Part shown: piece by piece, positions 35,870 through 44,983 of the stretch
How the letters are laid out: every line of letters begins with the position of its first letter
How positions within the stretch are numbered: the first letter of the stretch is position 1
Origin: a phage
Direction: 5' to 3' (one strand)
Sequence record: PZ338878.1
DNA length: 64,000 nucleotides
Made by a program: the position numbers and the translations under genes
Notes under the pieces: model-generated
What the model was told of the DNA's origin: nothing
Databases searched by the model: none
Seen by the model: only the letters and a program-made list of their open reading frames with translations

Positions 35870-36104
35870 AGAATTAGGCATGCGAGTATACAGTGAGTGG
35901 ACTCCAAGCAATGGCCCAGGAATTGTTGCAGCTAAGTGTATCAATGGTCGTATTGAGTACCTGGAAGGTTATGAAGATAATGAAGAGTTAGTAGATTATG
36001 CTAAATCTTTTATTGAAGATGATACAGACTTTATTGTATTATATGATACAGGAGAGTTAGAGTATGGATATGATGGAGATGGGGATATCTTTGAACTTCA
36101 ATAA
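35862..36104 (+). CDS. hypothetical acidic protein (80 aa)
   Basis: start at ATG 35862 with GAGGAGA RBS. Confidence 0.5.
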   Translation: MIKELGMRVYSEWTPSNGPGIVAAKCINGRIEYLEGYEDNEELVDYAKSFIEDDTDFIVLYDTGELEYGYDGDGDIFELQ

Positions 36105-36197
36105 GAGTAGTAAGTAAGATATAAAGAGTATATAGTTAGTTATAGAGTTAGTAACATTACATATACTCTTTCCATGTATAACATGGAATATTCTCTA

Positions 36198-36250
36198 CCT
36201 CGCTATCGCTCGGTATATAAGATTAGGGTAGCATGTTTTTTACGAAAAGT
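36198..36250 (+). repeat. conserved intergenic element, copy B
   Basis: CTCGCTATCGCTCGG...TAGGGTAGCATGTTTTTT...GAAAAGT matching 9034..9088. Confidence 0.5.
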
Positions 36251-36311
36251 AAAACTGTTTGTACCGATTGATAGCAGGTTTTTAATAGATTTCATCTATG
36301 AGGAGTAGAAA

Positions 36312-36530
36312 GTGTACAAATTATATAAAGCAAAAGATAAGTTTACGGGTAATACATCTGGTTTCTATGTAACACCTCGTGGTGTTGCTGTGTTCGATTG
36401 GATCTCTGGTACTCCAGATCGTGAAATGATCTCTCTTGTAAAACTGTCGGAACAAGAGTACACTTACGGTGACATTACAACATTCTATTCTCGTGCAGAA
36501 AATCCAAAACTGATCGCGGAGTGGGAATAA
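36312..36530 (+). CDS. hypothetical protein (72 aa), GTG start
   Basis: GAGGAG RBS upstream of GTG. Confidence 0.45.
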   Translation: MYKLYKAKDKFTGNTSGFYVTPRGVAVFDWISGTPDREMISLVKLSEQEYTYGDITTFYSRAENPKLIAEWE

Positions 36531-36793
36531 TGGTTACACGATATGGCTTAGAGGTGTACAGCCAAGGTGCTGCTGGTCAATGTGATATTGTACCAGATCC
36601 AGAAGGGGATTATGTTCTTCTTGCTGATTACAATAAGCTAGAAGAAAGACTTCTGGCTGTGTATGCTAAAGAGAACAAAACAATCTGCCCTTATTGCAGT
36701 GGAATGGGTTGGGTGGTTGCAGATGTTGGACAAATGTACGAATGTGTGCCTTGTAAAACCACAGGATTTATTGAAAAGGATACTGACAAATGA
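36530..36793 (+). CDS. hypothetical protein (87 aa)
   Basis: start at ATG 36530; CxxC...CxxC cysteines. Confidence 0.45.
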   Translation: MVTRYGLEVYSQGAAGQCDIVPDPEGDYVLLADYNKLEERLLAVYAKENKTICPYCSGMGWVVADVGQMYECVPCKTTGFIEKDTDK

Positions 36794-37038
36794 CTGTAGC
36801 AGATAAAATGAGAGAACTAGCAGAAAACGCAGAACTTAACAAAGCAAAGGATAGTCTACAAAGTATCTACTCGTATATTGAGAGAGCAGCTAAAGATGGA
36901 GACAGAGAAGTTGCTATATACACGCTTTATCCAACTTTTGTAAAAGTTAACTTGGATGCTGAAGGTTTTTCAACTTTTATTGATACAGAAACATCTCATT
37001 ACGACGAAAACTTTACTCGAATAGTTATTCGATGGTAA
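36790..37038 (+). CDS. hypothetical protein (82 aa)
   Basis: ORF, coupled. Confidence 0.5.
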   Translation: MTVADKMRELAENAELNKAKDSLQSIYSYIERAAKDGDREVAIYTLYPTFVKVNLDAEGFSTFIDTETSHYDENFTRIVIRW

Positions 37039-37054
37039 ATTTCTGATATTTATG

Positions 37055-37110
37055 CGCCCTGGCTACCTGGGCGTAATAAATTCAGCTTATATTTGATCCG
37101 CGCCTTCGGC
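37055..37110 (+). terminator. possible weak terminator / structured intergenic RNA
   Basis: GC-rich hairpins CGCCC...GGGCG and GCGCC-TTC-GGCGC in AT-rich context. Confidence 0.3.
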
Positions 37111-37143
37111 GCTTAGGCAAAGCCACGCCACACAGGAGGGTTT

Positions 37144-37554
37144 ATGTTCAAATGGTTAAAAGGGTTTCTAACATCTTTGGCAGAACCTAAGCAAGATGTT
37201 ATTAAAAGCTCTATCACAGGAAAACCGCTTGTTATAGTTACAGGCGGCTTTGGTCATGGGTTTTCTCTTAAACAAACAGATATAGGTTTACAGGGGTGTC
37301 TGATTAGCTTTAGAATCACTCAATTAGGAGATAATAGACAAACAATATTAGATCTTTTCAATGGGGAGTTTGATGATTATTTATCTAAGAGTGATAAAGA
37401 ACGTCTGATCGAGCATATAAAACACCGCTATGAGCGTGGTGGTTACTATTTAGAGACAAAACGTAATTCACAAGGTGATCTTGACATAGTTAGCATAGCG
37501 TGGGATAATGAATTTAAAACTAAACTTGGTAAACTTCTGGAGGAGTTATGGTAA
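37144..37554 (+). CDS. hypothetical protein (136 aa)
   Basis: RBS CAGGAGGG. Confidence 0.55.
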   Translation: MFKWLKGFLTSLAEPKQDVIKSSITGKPLVIVTGGFGHGFSLKQTDIGLQGCLISFRITQLGDNRQTILDLFNGEFDDYLSKSDKERLIEHIKHRYERGGYYLETKRNSQGDLDIVSIAWDNEFKTKLGKLLEELW

Positions 37555-37730
37555 ATATTAAAACAGGTGATATTGTACGTCTTGCCAGCGAAGAAATGTT
37601 AATGACTGTAATGGTATCTACTTACGATACTTGCGAAGTGGTGTGGTTTGATGTTAATGAGCAACTACAGAAAGCTACATTTGATAAACGTATGCTTCGT
37701 AAAGTTGAAGAAGTGAAGGAGGAAGAATAA
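37548..37730 (+). CDS. hypothetical protein (60 aa)
   Basis: ORF, coupled. Confidence 0.45.
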   Translation: MVNIKTGDIVRLASEEMLMTVMVSTYDTCEVVWFDVNEQLQKATFDKRMLRKVEEVKEEE

Positions 37731-37731
37731 T

Positions 37732-37944
37732 ATGGGAATGTTGCTTCGTGTTTTTGTGTTTCTTATGTTCTGGATTATCGTTGGTAACGGTATTGTATTT
37801 TTGATTTTTCCTGAAGTGATGACAGGTAATGAAAATAAGGCAGTGCCTTACATTATGCTTATCGGTTACGGTATTGGTACACTTGGACTACTGTTTGCTG
37901 ATTGGTTAATCAATACTTTGTTCTCTAAGTACAGGAACAACTAA
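37732..37944 (+). CDS. small membrane protein (70 aa)
   Basis: two hydrophobic helices. Confidence 0.5.
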   Translation: MGMLLRVFVFLMFWIIVGNGIVFLIFPEVMTGNENKAVPYIMLIGYGIGTLGLLFADWLINTLFSKYRNN

Positions 37945-37945
37945 T

Positions 37946-38218
37946 ATGTCGGAAAACTTACCTAATGTTTTCTTTTGTTTTGTAGATTGTGTTACACAAG
38001 AAATTATAGTTGACGAAGAAGGTATGTTTACTTATTTTGCATCTGAAGAAGAGGCAAAACTATCAGCTATGAAATGTATAAGCCAAATGTCAGTACCTGC
38101 TGTCAACAGGTTCGGTATTGCCCAGGTGTATAAAACAGTAACAGAGTTTACACCAGATCGAAAACTAACTTTTCTTAACGTTCACTTTGTTTGTAAGTTT
38201 AGTGAACTACGACATTAA
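37946..38218 (+). CDS. hypothetical protein (90 aa)
   Basis: ORF. Confidence 0.5.
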   Translation: MSENLPNVFFCFVDCVTQEIIVDEEGMFTYFASEEEAKLSAMKCISQMSVPAVNRFGIAQVYKTVTEFTPDRKLTFLNVHFVCKFSELRH

Positions 38219-38232
38219 AAGCAGGAGTAAAA

Positions 38233-38832
38233 ATGAAAGAATATTGGAGTGGTGAGAAGGGCTTGCTAAAGCCAGGGATGCTTTTGCGAGTAAAGAACAT
38301 GTTGATCACACAAGATTACATAATGCCTAATCCTGGAGCATTAGTAGAATTCCTTACTGCGCGAGATCAACCTGGGGTTGGTGAAATGTGGATTGTAACG
38401 TGGATATCTCTCGATAGTAAATTGCGCGTTGCTCCTATTGACCCAAAACACTTGGAATCTCCTTACGCCAGCGTTGATTCTCGGATCATAGATTTGGCTA
38501 GAGTTTATAAGGCTAGGACTGGTGTAGAATTAGATGTAGAAATTTTAAATCAATGTATTGACTTCTTACCTGAAAAAGTGCATAATGCACAACAAGAAGA
38601 TAGCGGTTTAGAAGTTATTCTTCTGAATGATGGGATGTTCTCTGGTCTGGCATCTGTAGATTTTCCAATAACATTAAGATTGTTACCTGGGGAATACGTA
38701 CTGGATGAAGATACTATTGCTATATCCTCTAAAATTTTAGAACTCATTCCAGGTGCAAGGTGTGTTGGTGATACATCTTCCTTGCTGTTTACTCTGAATG
38801 AAGAAGCCATTATAGTTAAAAAGGAGAAGTAA
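38233..38832 (+). CDS. hypothetical protein (199 aa)
   Basis: RBS AGGAG. Confidence 0.55.
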   Translation: MKEYWSGEKGLLKPGMLLRVKNMLITQDYIMPNPGALVEFLTARDQPGVGEMWIVTWISLDSKLRVAPIDPKHLESPYASVDSRIIDLARVYKARTGVELDVEILNQCIDFLPEKVHNAQQEDSGLEVILLNDGMFSGLASVDFPITLRLLPGEYVLDEDTIAISSKILELIPGARCVGDTSSLLFTLNEEAIIVKKEK

Positions 38833-38937
38833 ATGATGACGTTTATTGTTGGTGTTGTTGTTGGTTATTTTGGTCACAAGTATCAAGATGTTATCATCGC
38901 TAAAGTTGACGAAGTAATCGAAAAATTTAAACACTAA
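38833..38937 (+). CDS. small membrane peptide (34 aa)
   Basis: AAGGAGAAG RBS; MMTFIVGVVVGYFGHKYQDVIIAK. Confidence 0.35.
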   Translation: MMTFIVGVVVGYFGHKYQDVIIAKVDEVIEKFKH

Positions 38938-38988
38938 TTTTCTAAAAGGCTGTACTATTGTGCAGCCTATCTTTCAAAGGAGAGTAAA

Positions 38989-39162
38989 ATGTTCAAAGAT
39001 ACCAATTATAAATGTGTACATTGTGGTAAATCTTTTGGTGATCACCAAGCTAAGACGTTCAATTGTCCACGAAAAGGGCGAGGTAGCTTTAAAGGTTTTA
39101 ATCCATCCCACGTTTATTCTCCCAACTACGAGAAACCAGAAGAAGAAAAATTTGTAATCTGA
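38989..39162 (+). CDS. small zinc-finger-like protein (57 aa)
   Basis: AAAGGAGAG RBS; CVHCG...NCPRKGRG. Confidence 0.45.
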   Translation: MFKDTNYKCVHCGKSFGDHQAKTFNCPRKGRGSFKGFNPSHVYSPNYEKPEEEKFVI

Positions 39163-39171
39163 GGAGGCAAT

Positions 39172-39459
39172 ATGGAACTAGTACAAGAAGTTTATGAAAA
39201 ACTAAAAGAAGAGAATCTTGATTGGCCTGAACATGCTCTTATTGTCGTCAAAGATACTAATGGTGAAATAAAATTCTCAAGTGTAAGTGAAGATGATGTT
39301 GTTTTAAGTCCTACAGGATATTATATGAGAGGTGTTACGTGTCTATTCAACACCAAAGTGTATCCTGAAGTTAAACTTAGTTGCGGTGAACCTGATCATC
39401 CAGAAATCGTTACACGTAATGAATATGAAAATTATTATTTTGCTCGTGAAAGCAAATAA
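39172..39459 (+). CDS. hypothetical protein (95 aa)
   Basis: RBS GAGGAGG. Confidence 0.55.
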   Translation: MELVQEVYEKLKEENLDWPEHALIVVKDTNGEIKFSSVSEDDVVLSPTGYYMRGVTCLFNTKVYPEVKLSCGEPDHPEIVTRNEYENYYFARESK

Positions 39460-39467
39460 GGAAAACT

Positions 39468-39791
39468 ATGCAAAAAATAAACACCGGTTCTCGTCCTAAA
39501 CAGAAGCAAACAAAAGCAAGGGTATCTTATGTTGATAACTCTTGTTATAATTTCAAAAATGTTAAAGAAGTTATCATTGACGAAAAAGAAGGTTTGATTC
39601 ACATTTCATCTGAACGTTTGAAAGGTAGTGTTACTATTCGTGAGAATGTATCTGTACCTATGAAAGTCGTGGCTACACTCTGTGTTGATAAACCAGATGT
39701 TGTTAACTACTATGTGTTCCGTGATAACTGTATTGCATTACATAATAAGATTTTTAAATCTTCGCACGTTAAAACAAAACACATTGTATAA
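39468..39791 (+). CDS. hypothetical protein (107 aa)
   Basis: ORF. Confidence 0.5.
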   Translation: MQKINTGSRPKQKQTKARVSYVDNSCYNFKNVKEVIIDEKEGLIHISSERLKGSVTIRENVSVPMKVVATLCVDKPDVVNYYVFRDNCIALHNKIFKSSHVKTKHIV

Positions 39792-39796
39792 CACAT

Positions 39797-39819
39797 AAAC
39801 CCGCTTCGGCGGGTTTTCT
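39797..39819 (+). terminator. rho-independent terminator
   Basis: AAACCCGC-TTCG-GCGGGTTTTCTT. Confidence 0.7.
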
Positions 39820-39876
39820 TGTATATACGCTCTTTATCTGTTATAAACACTTTTACCATAAACAATAGGAGGTATT

Positions 39877-40098
39877 ATGTCTGTAGTTGTAGAAGGTAGT
39901 ATTGGTTTCTTAGTAGATAACCCTCACCCTTTCGTGGTTAAGGTTCATATTCAAGAAAAGGTAAGCAACAATACGTGGCTGTGCTTGTTAGATAGTAAGA
40001 TACACTCTTATACAGAGGTTTATCTTCACACTTGGCAAATTGGTACAATAACAGCAGAGGATGAATTGATAATTGAACTATATGAACGAGATCTATAG
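39877..40098 (+). CDS. hypothetical protein (73 aa)
   Basis: RBS AGGAGGT. Confidence 0.5.
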   Translation: MSVVVEGSIGFLVDNPHPFVVKVHIQEKVSNNTWLCLLDSKIHSYTEVYLHTWQIGTITAEDELIIELYERDL

Positions 40099-40179
40099 AT
40101 GACTTTACTAGAGAGTATTGTAGTGTTAATCATCTTTATCATTATTGTCATAGGATATTTTACAGAAGACTAAAATAAA

Positions 40180-40203
40180 GCCCCTAGAATCGCTTCTAGG
40201 GGC
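40180..40203. terminator. bidirectional terminator between convergent blocks
   Basis: GCCCCTAGAA-TCGC-TTCTAGGGGC flanked by A-run and T-run. Confidence 0.65.
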
Positions 40204-40273
40204 TTTTGTTTGCATTAGGTAGGGAAACGTATTACTAAAATAAAAAGTGCGTTAGAATGCGTTACAGGAGGTT

Positions 40274-40531
40274 TTAGGAATGCATAAAATCTTCTTCAGG
40301 GCAGGTTGAGAGATAAGAGATGCACGTTGGGACAACAACAACATTGTCTTTAAGGTTTTCAACCAAGCCTTTTGTAATCCCAGCCACTGCCCCGTTAATA
40401 TCTGCTTGACGGATACCAAAGCCTTGTTGTGCGGATAGGTAACAAAATCCCTCGCCTTTCTGTTGATTGTTATTGAAGTAATAAACGTAGTGCATCATAA
40501 AATGGTCTTTAACGATTTGTTCTGTGGTCAT
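40274..40531 (-). CDS. hypothetical protein (85 aa)
   Basis: ORF. Confidence 0.5.
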   Translation of the reverse strand: MTTEQIVKDHFMMHYVYYFNNNQQKGEGFCYLSAQQGFGIRQADINGAVAGITKGLVENLKDNVVVVPTCISYLSTCPEEDFMHS

Positions 40532-40550
40532 AATATTCTCCTATAAGAAA

Positions 40551-40566
40551 AGGGGCTTTCGCCCCC
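40551..40566 (-). terminator. terminator/attenuator hairpin after Sir2-like gene
   Basis: GGGGC-TTTC-GCCCC; T-run on minus strand. Confidence 0.55.
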
Positions 40567-40575
40567 TTGGTTAAG

Positions 40576-41388
40576 TTATTTAGTCAAATGATCTTCTATC
40601 ATTTTTATGAAAGCAGGATTGCTAAAAGCATCTGCGGCTTTTTCTCGATAAACAAAGACTCCTCTATCTTCGTAAAGAAGAGTTTCTTCGTAATTAATTC
40701 CTGGGTTAACAACAATCATTTTTGTACCCATATTAAGTGCAGGGAATAATTCCCAATTAAAATTGATAACTTGGTTTGAACATCCTACTACAACAACCAA
40801 ATCTTGCATGGTCAAAGTATCAAACAAGTGAGCCATATCTGCATACAAAGGTGCAGCCTCACCAAAAAATACAACATTAGGCTTCACCCAGTTATAATCA
40901 TCTATGTTTATGCTGTTGTAACCAATATCTACCAGTGTTTTGTAATCTCCAGGATGCATACGGTAAACTACTTCAGGAAGATATCCGTGCACGTGAATAA
41001 CCGAATCTCTGTCTACACCTGCTCGCTCTAGTAGATCATCAACGTTTGTTGTCAAGTTTACTACTTGGTTAGGATATTCCTTAAACCACTTTGCTATTTG
41101 AATATGTGCAGCATTAGGTTGTACATCTTTAAGCTCAACACGTCTTTTGTTATAAAATTCGTGTGTTTTGGCATACAAATCCATACCGTTTTCGTCTACA
41201 CCACCAACCACTGGAAGATCTGGAGATGTTCTCACACGATAACCTGCTTGGAAAGCTCCAATATTGCAGACCTCTTCTAAATCATATTCTTCCCATAAAG
41301 CACGACCACTATCTGTGTCTGTTCGGAATGTTCGAATCCCACTGTCTGCACTTAAACCAGCTCCACTAACAAAAATTACTCTTCGCAT
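40576..41388 (-). CDS. Sir2-family (sirtuin/CobB-like) protein
   Basis: GAGLSADSGIRTFR, TTNVDDL, HG, VVFFGE, VVGCS motifs. Confidence 0.8.
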   Translation of the reverse strand: MRRVIFVSGAGLSADSGIRTFRTDTDSGRALWEEYDLEEVCNIGAFQAGYRVRTSPDLPVVGGVDENGMDLYAKTHEFYNKRRVELKDVQPNAAHIQIAKWFKEYPNQVVNLTTNVDDLLERAGVDRDSVIHVHGYLPEVVYRMHPGDYKTLVDIGYNSINIDDYNWVKPNVVFFGEAAPLYADMAHLFDTLTMQDLVVVVGCSNQVINFNWELFPALNMGTKMIVVNPGINYEETLLYEDRGVFVYREKAADAFSNPAFIKMIEDHLTK

Positions 41389-41930
41389 TCAATATCCTCT
41401 TCGTAATCATCATACCAAGAAGATGCGTCGTAACGCTCTTCCTCTTCGAAATCCCAATTAATTTCTACTCCAAAATCTAAAAACAATTTAACAATGTTTT
41501 CTGTAGAATAGTATTTATCATAAGCGTTAGCTAGTTCCCAATACTTATCACTCAATTTTTTATAATTAGGATCATTGTAATCATGAGCTACTTTATCACC
41601 ATAATCATACATCTCTTCTTCAGCTTTAAGCATAGCTTCTGGTGTAAGAAGATTAGGGAACGGACGATTTCTTTCTTTTAACTTAGAAGCAATCCAGTTT
41701 GCAACATTCGCCACTTCACCATCTCGATTATCACCTAAACAACTTGCATAATCTCCATCTTCGTAAGTGCCTAAATCCCCACTGACTTCATGTACAATAG
41801 ATGAATACGATCCACACGTTTCACAATCTGAAAAAGTGTCTACTGTTGTAATATCAATAGATAAAACTGGTAAAGCCATAGCTTCTTTCACACAAGCCTC
41901 CTCATATAATAACATATCATCAAAACCCAT
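41376..41930 (-). CDS. acidic hypothetical protein (about 184 aa)
   Basis: start at ATG 41930 after GGAGGA; D/E-rich. Confidence 0.45.
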   Translation of the reverse strand: MGFDDMLLYEEACVKEAMALPVLSIDITTVDTFSDCETCGSYSSIVHEVSGDLGTYEDGDYASCLGDNRDGEVANVANWIASKLKERNRPFPNLLTPEAMLKAEEEMYDYGDKVAHDYNDPNYKKLSDKYWELANAYDKYYSTENIVKLFLDFGVEINWDFEEEERYDASSWYDDYEEDIECEE

Positions 41931-41949
41931 ATATCCTCCAGACAAATAA

Positions 41950-41966
41950 AGCCCCTGGTTGGGGCT
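41950..41966 (-). terminator. terminator/attenuator hairpin
   Basis: GCCCC-TGGTT-GGGGC. Confidence 0.5.
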
Positions 41967-41984
41967 TTGGTTAAGTTTTACAGA

Positions 41985-42596
41985 TTATACCAGACTTTTA
42001 AGGTAGTTGTCAAGTGCTTCTTGATCACCTTGACAAACATAGCAACGGAAGTCTTGAGCAGAAGGTTCTTTGTCCTCTTCCCAATCCCAATAGACAGTAC
42101 CTTTATAGCGTGAACCTGGAAACTCGAAGTATGCTACGTGGGTAATATGGTGTGGGCCACCCCAAAACTCTGTAAAAGTAAATTGAGGATACGCTGCTTT
42201 AACTGTATTTTCAAACCAAGTTTTACGATCTAATGCTTCGTTTATAAAATAAGCATGGCGTTCCATTTCATCCCAATCTTTCCAAACGCATTTTTCATCC
42301 AGAGAAAAAACAAAATTCTCACTGTTAAAATCGTCTGTATCTGATTCCAAAATATCATAATCATGTGCGCTAGGTATCCACCATCCAGCTTCTAATAGTG
42401 CTTTCGCAGGTACAAAACCTTTTTCAGCGTATTGATCAAATTCTTTTACTCTACGTACAGTGCAGTATTCATCTTCACCACCAATGTCCAGCATACAAGC
42501 GCCTTTGCGTCTTGCTGCAAGACCATGTGTATCAAAAACTACAACACTACCTTCACCATCTTCACGATCTACTTGATATGCCACTTTTTGAGTCAT
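41985..42596 (-). CDS. hypothetical protein (203 aa)
   Basis: ORF. Confidence 0.5.
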   Translation of the reverse strand: MTQKVAYQVDREDGEGSVVVFDTHGLAARRKGACMLDIGGEDEYCTVRRVKEFDQYAEKGFVPAKALLEAGWWIPSAHDYDILESDTDDFNSENFVFSLDEKCVWKDWDEMERHAYFINEALDRKTWFENTVKAAYPQFTFTEFWGGPHHITHVAYFEFPGSRYKGTVYWDWEEDKEPSAQDFRCYVCQGDQEALDNYLKSLV

Positions 42597-42719
42597 ATTA
42601 CCCCCAATGTATATGGGAAATTAACCAAAAGATAAATTCCCAAAAACACCAACCAAGAAAAGTTAATGGAATTATAAAAGCTATCAGAGCAGTCTTCCAG
42701 CCTTTCCACAATGTTTCCA

Positions 42720-43709
42720 TCATTCCTCCATACACTTAAGAATATGTGCAATGACAGGTATAGTCCAACCATTACCTAACATCTTATATGCTTGTGTGTT
42801 ACTACTCACTTTAAAGTAATCATCTGGAACACCTTGTAAGCGGCAACACTCTTTAACCGTTAACTTTCTATAATGCACACCTTCACTCAATTTTTCAAAG
42901 GCATCCAGATATCTTCCAGGTGGAATGTAAGCTAATAGTACGTCTTTCGGCACAGTCGTGAGGCAACGAGTTTTTTCACTGTCCTGAACTTCCAAGCAAT
43001 GTACCAAACGATCAGTTTTAGATGTACTACGTTTGCCATTTTCATTAATTCTACGCCCATATATTGCTGCTGGATAAAAAACCAGTTGTCTGCGACTCTT
43101 TTCAAAATACTGTTCTATATTACCACCTTTGGCATAATTTGCATCTATGCAATACGCCTTGTCCCTGTCTACAATACTATCATCTTCAATAATATCTTGC
43201 AACACTTCATTGGTAATATCCCAAGGCTTTATTTCCCAATTGCACCAGTATAAACGTTGTCTATTCTGTGCCGTGAAATCTGCGGAGTTAATGAATACGG
43301 GATCAACACCTAAGTAACTTGTGATCACGTTTTCCCACTCTACCTTCATCTTAACGTTTTCAAGCATGAACTTAACATTAGGGTTAAACTTTTTAATATG
43401 TTCAAGAATTTCAACATATTCAAAGAACAGTTTAGATCGCGGATCTTGAAAGTTCAAACCCTTACCAGAAGAAGAGAAGCCTTGGCACGGGCTACCACCT
43501 AACAAAAGATCAATTTCTCCCCACGGGATATCCCATTCTCTCCATTTTGTAACATCCCCTAATTGAATAATGTCTGGAAAATTGGCTTGGCTTTCAGCTA
43601 TGGCAAATTTGTCCAATTCTGAGGCATAATATTTATCTACTTCAATACCTGCACTTTTTAGTGCAAGCATTCCTCCTGACATACCATCAAAAAGACTTAA
43701 AACTTTCAT
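42720..43709 (-). CDS. DNA (cytosine-5)-methyltransferase
   Basis: FDGMSGG (motif I), GSPCQGFS (IV), ENV (VI), QNRQR (VIII). Confidence 0.85.
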   Translation of the reverse strand: MKVLSLFDGMSGGMLALKSAGIEVDKYYASELDKFAIAESQANFPDIIQLGDVTKWREWDIPWGEIDLLLGGSPCQGFSSSGKGLNFQDPRSKLFFEYVEILEHIKKFNPNVKFMLENVKMKVEWENVITSYLGVDPVFINSADFTAQNRQRLYWCNWEIKPWDITNEVLQDIIEDDSIVDRDKAYCIDANYAKGGNIEQYFEKSRRQLVFYPAAIYGRRINENGKRSTSKTDRLVHCLEVQDSEKTRCLTTVPKDVLLAYIPPGRYLDAFEKLSEGVHYRKLTVKECCRLQGVPDDYFKVSSNTQAYKMLGNGWTIPVIAHILKCMEE

Positions 43710-44122
43710 TATTGCTTCTTCTCCTTAACACTAGCTGGTAATTCTGCCTTAAGGCAGAAGTTTAAACGGTAAGCCTCATTTTCATTTAAAAGTACAGATT
43801 CACACGATAACCAAAACAAGAGATCCTCAATACTAGGACTGTTAAGCCAACAGTGCAGAAGAGAATGTTGTTCTATATCAATGTAATTTAGCAACAAGCC
43901 TTGTAAGGCGTAACTAGTTCCTGTCGCTTTTGCTTTTTCAAGGATGATATTGTGTTTACTAACAACCTTCTTTCTAAGACCAAACCATTTACTAACAACA
44001 ACAGTCTCTTCTTGTAGTTGTTTTCTTATTTTCTCACATTCTTTAACTACAATCTGCATCTTATCCACTGCTGATTGAAGTTGTTCTTTTGTTGGGTTTA
44101 CAAAATAGTCACTATAATACAT
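43709..44122 (-). CDS. hypothetical protein (137 aa)
   Basis: ORF. Confidence 0.5.
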   Translation of the reverse strand: MYYSDYFVNPTKEQLQSAVDKMQIVVKECEKIRKQLQEETVVVSKWFGLRKKVVSKHNIILEKAKATGTSYALQGLLLNYIDIEQHSLLHCWLNSPSIEDLLFWLSCESVLLNENEAYRLNFCLKAELPASVKEKKQ

Positions 44123-44181
44123 GCTAATCTCCTCTTCTGTTTTTGTGTAGTTTATTCGAAAAAACTAGTGTTGTCAACAAA

Positions 44182-44201
44182 AAACCCGCCGAAGCGGGTT
44201 T
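44182..44201 (-). terminator. rho-independent terminator
   Basis: AAACCCGC-CGAA-GCGGGTTT; T-run on minus strand. Confidence 0.6.
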
Positions 44202-44204
44202 ATA

Positions 44205-44462
44205 TTATTCTACAGGAATTTCTTCACCAAGAGAAACTTCCAAACGGAATGCTTTACTTTCAATACATTCACTACCTTTTAAGAAATCGAATTGCACTAT
44301 AGACTGACTTAATAGAATAGATAGAATCACATCGCAATCTTCACTAGGAGCTAGATGTTTGTATTCTTCCTTCAAGGTAACATCATAAAAACATAAATCC
44401 CCTACCCCTAGTTCATCCCATCCTTCCCACGCATCTACAAAATTAAACTCTAGACCTTTCAT
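44205..44462 (-). CDS. hypothetical protein (85 aa)
   Basis: ORF. Confidence 0.5.
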   Translation of the reverse strand: MKGLEFNFVDAWEGWDELGVGDLCFYDVTLKEEYKHLAPSEDCDVILSILLSQSIVQFDFLKGSECIESKAFRLEVSLGEEIPVE

Positions 44463-44983
44463 ACAACCTCCTCGTAATTGTTATTGTGTTTTACTGTCTC
44501 AACATACAATAAAGATTCCATCTGTAAGACATTACCAGAAATAATAAACCCATAAGCCATTTCAGATGTATCTATATCGTATGCCCCATCTTCCGGTTTA
44601 GCAAAGTGTAAAACTATTTCATCTGGGTTTTCTTCATCCCATATTTTAGAAATTTTCCGAACCAGAATATTAGCTAAAATAGTTGACATTCGGGATAAAG
44701 CCGTATCCTCGTATCTTTTAAAACCTAACCAATAGAGGTTAAGAATTTCTACTTCTTCTTGTGTTAAGTTTTTGTCTAAAGTAATCAGATCTGTAGTGCA
44801 CGGCGTTTTTGTTGAACCTACTGTTACAAAACCTGGAGTGTTATGAAAAACAATCTTAACTTTATCACGTATGAAGTTTAAACCTTGTGCCTCAACTATA
44901 TATTGTATTGTAGGTACAATATCGTTTGTTACATCAATAAAGCTATCTTTGATGACGCTTATATTATTTCTGGACAAGACCAT
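44459..44983 (-). CDS. hypothetical protein (174 aa)
   Basis: ORF. Confidence 0.5.
   Translation of the reverse strand: MVLSRNNISVIKDSFIDVTNDIVPTIQYIVEAQGLNFIRDKVKIVFHNTPGFVTVGSTKTPCTTDLITLDKNLTQEEVEILNLYWLGFKRYEDTALSRMSTILANILVRKISKIWDEENPDEIVLHFAKPEDGAYDIDTSEMAYGFIISGNVLQMESLLYVETVKHNNNYEEVV

Noticed and set aside
40567-41461. Plus-strand ORFs overlapping the Sir2-like gene (40567..40749, 40804..41031, 41065..41280, 41163..41369, 41264..41461)
   Set aside because: Antisense to a motif-rich minus-strand gene
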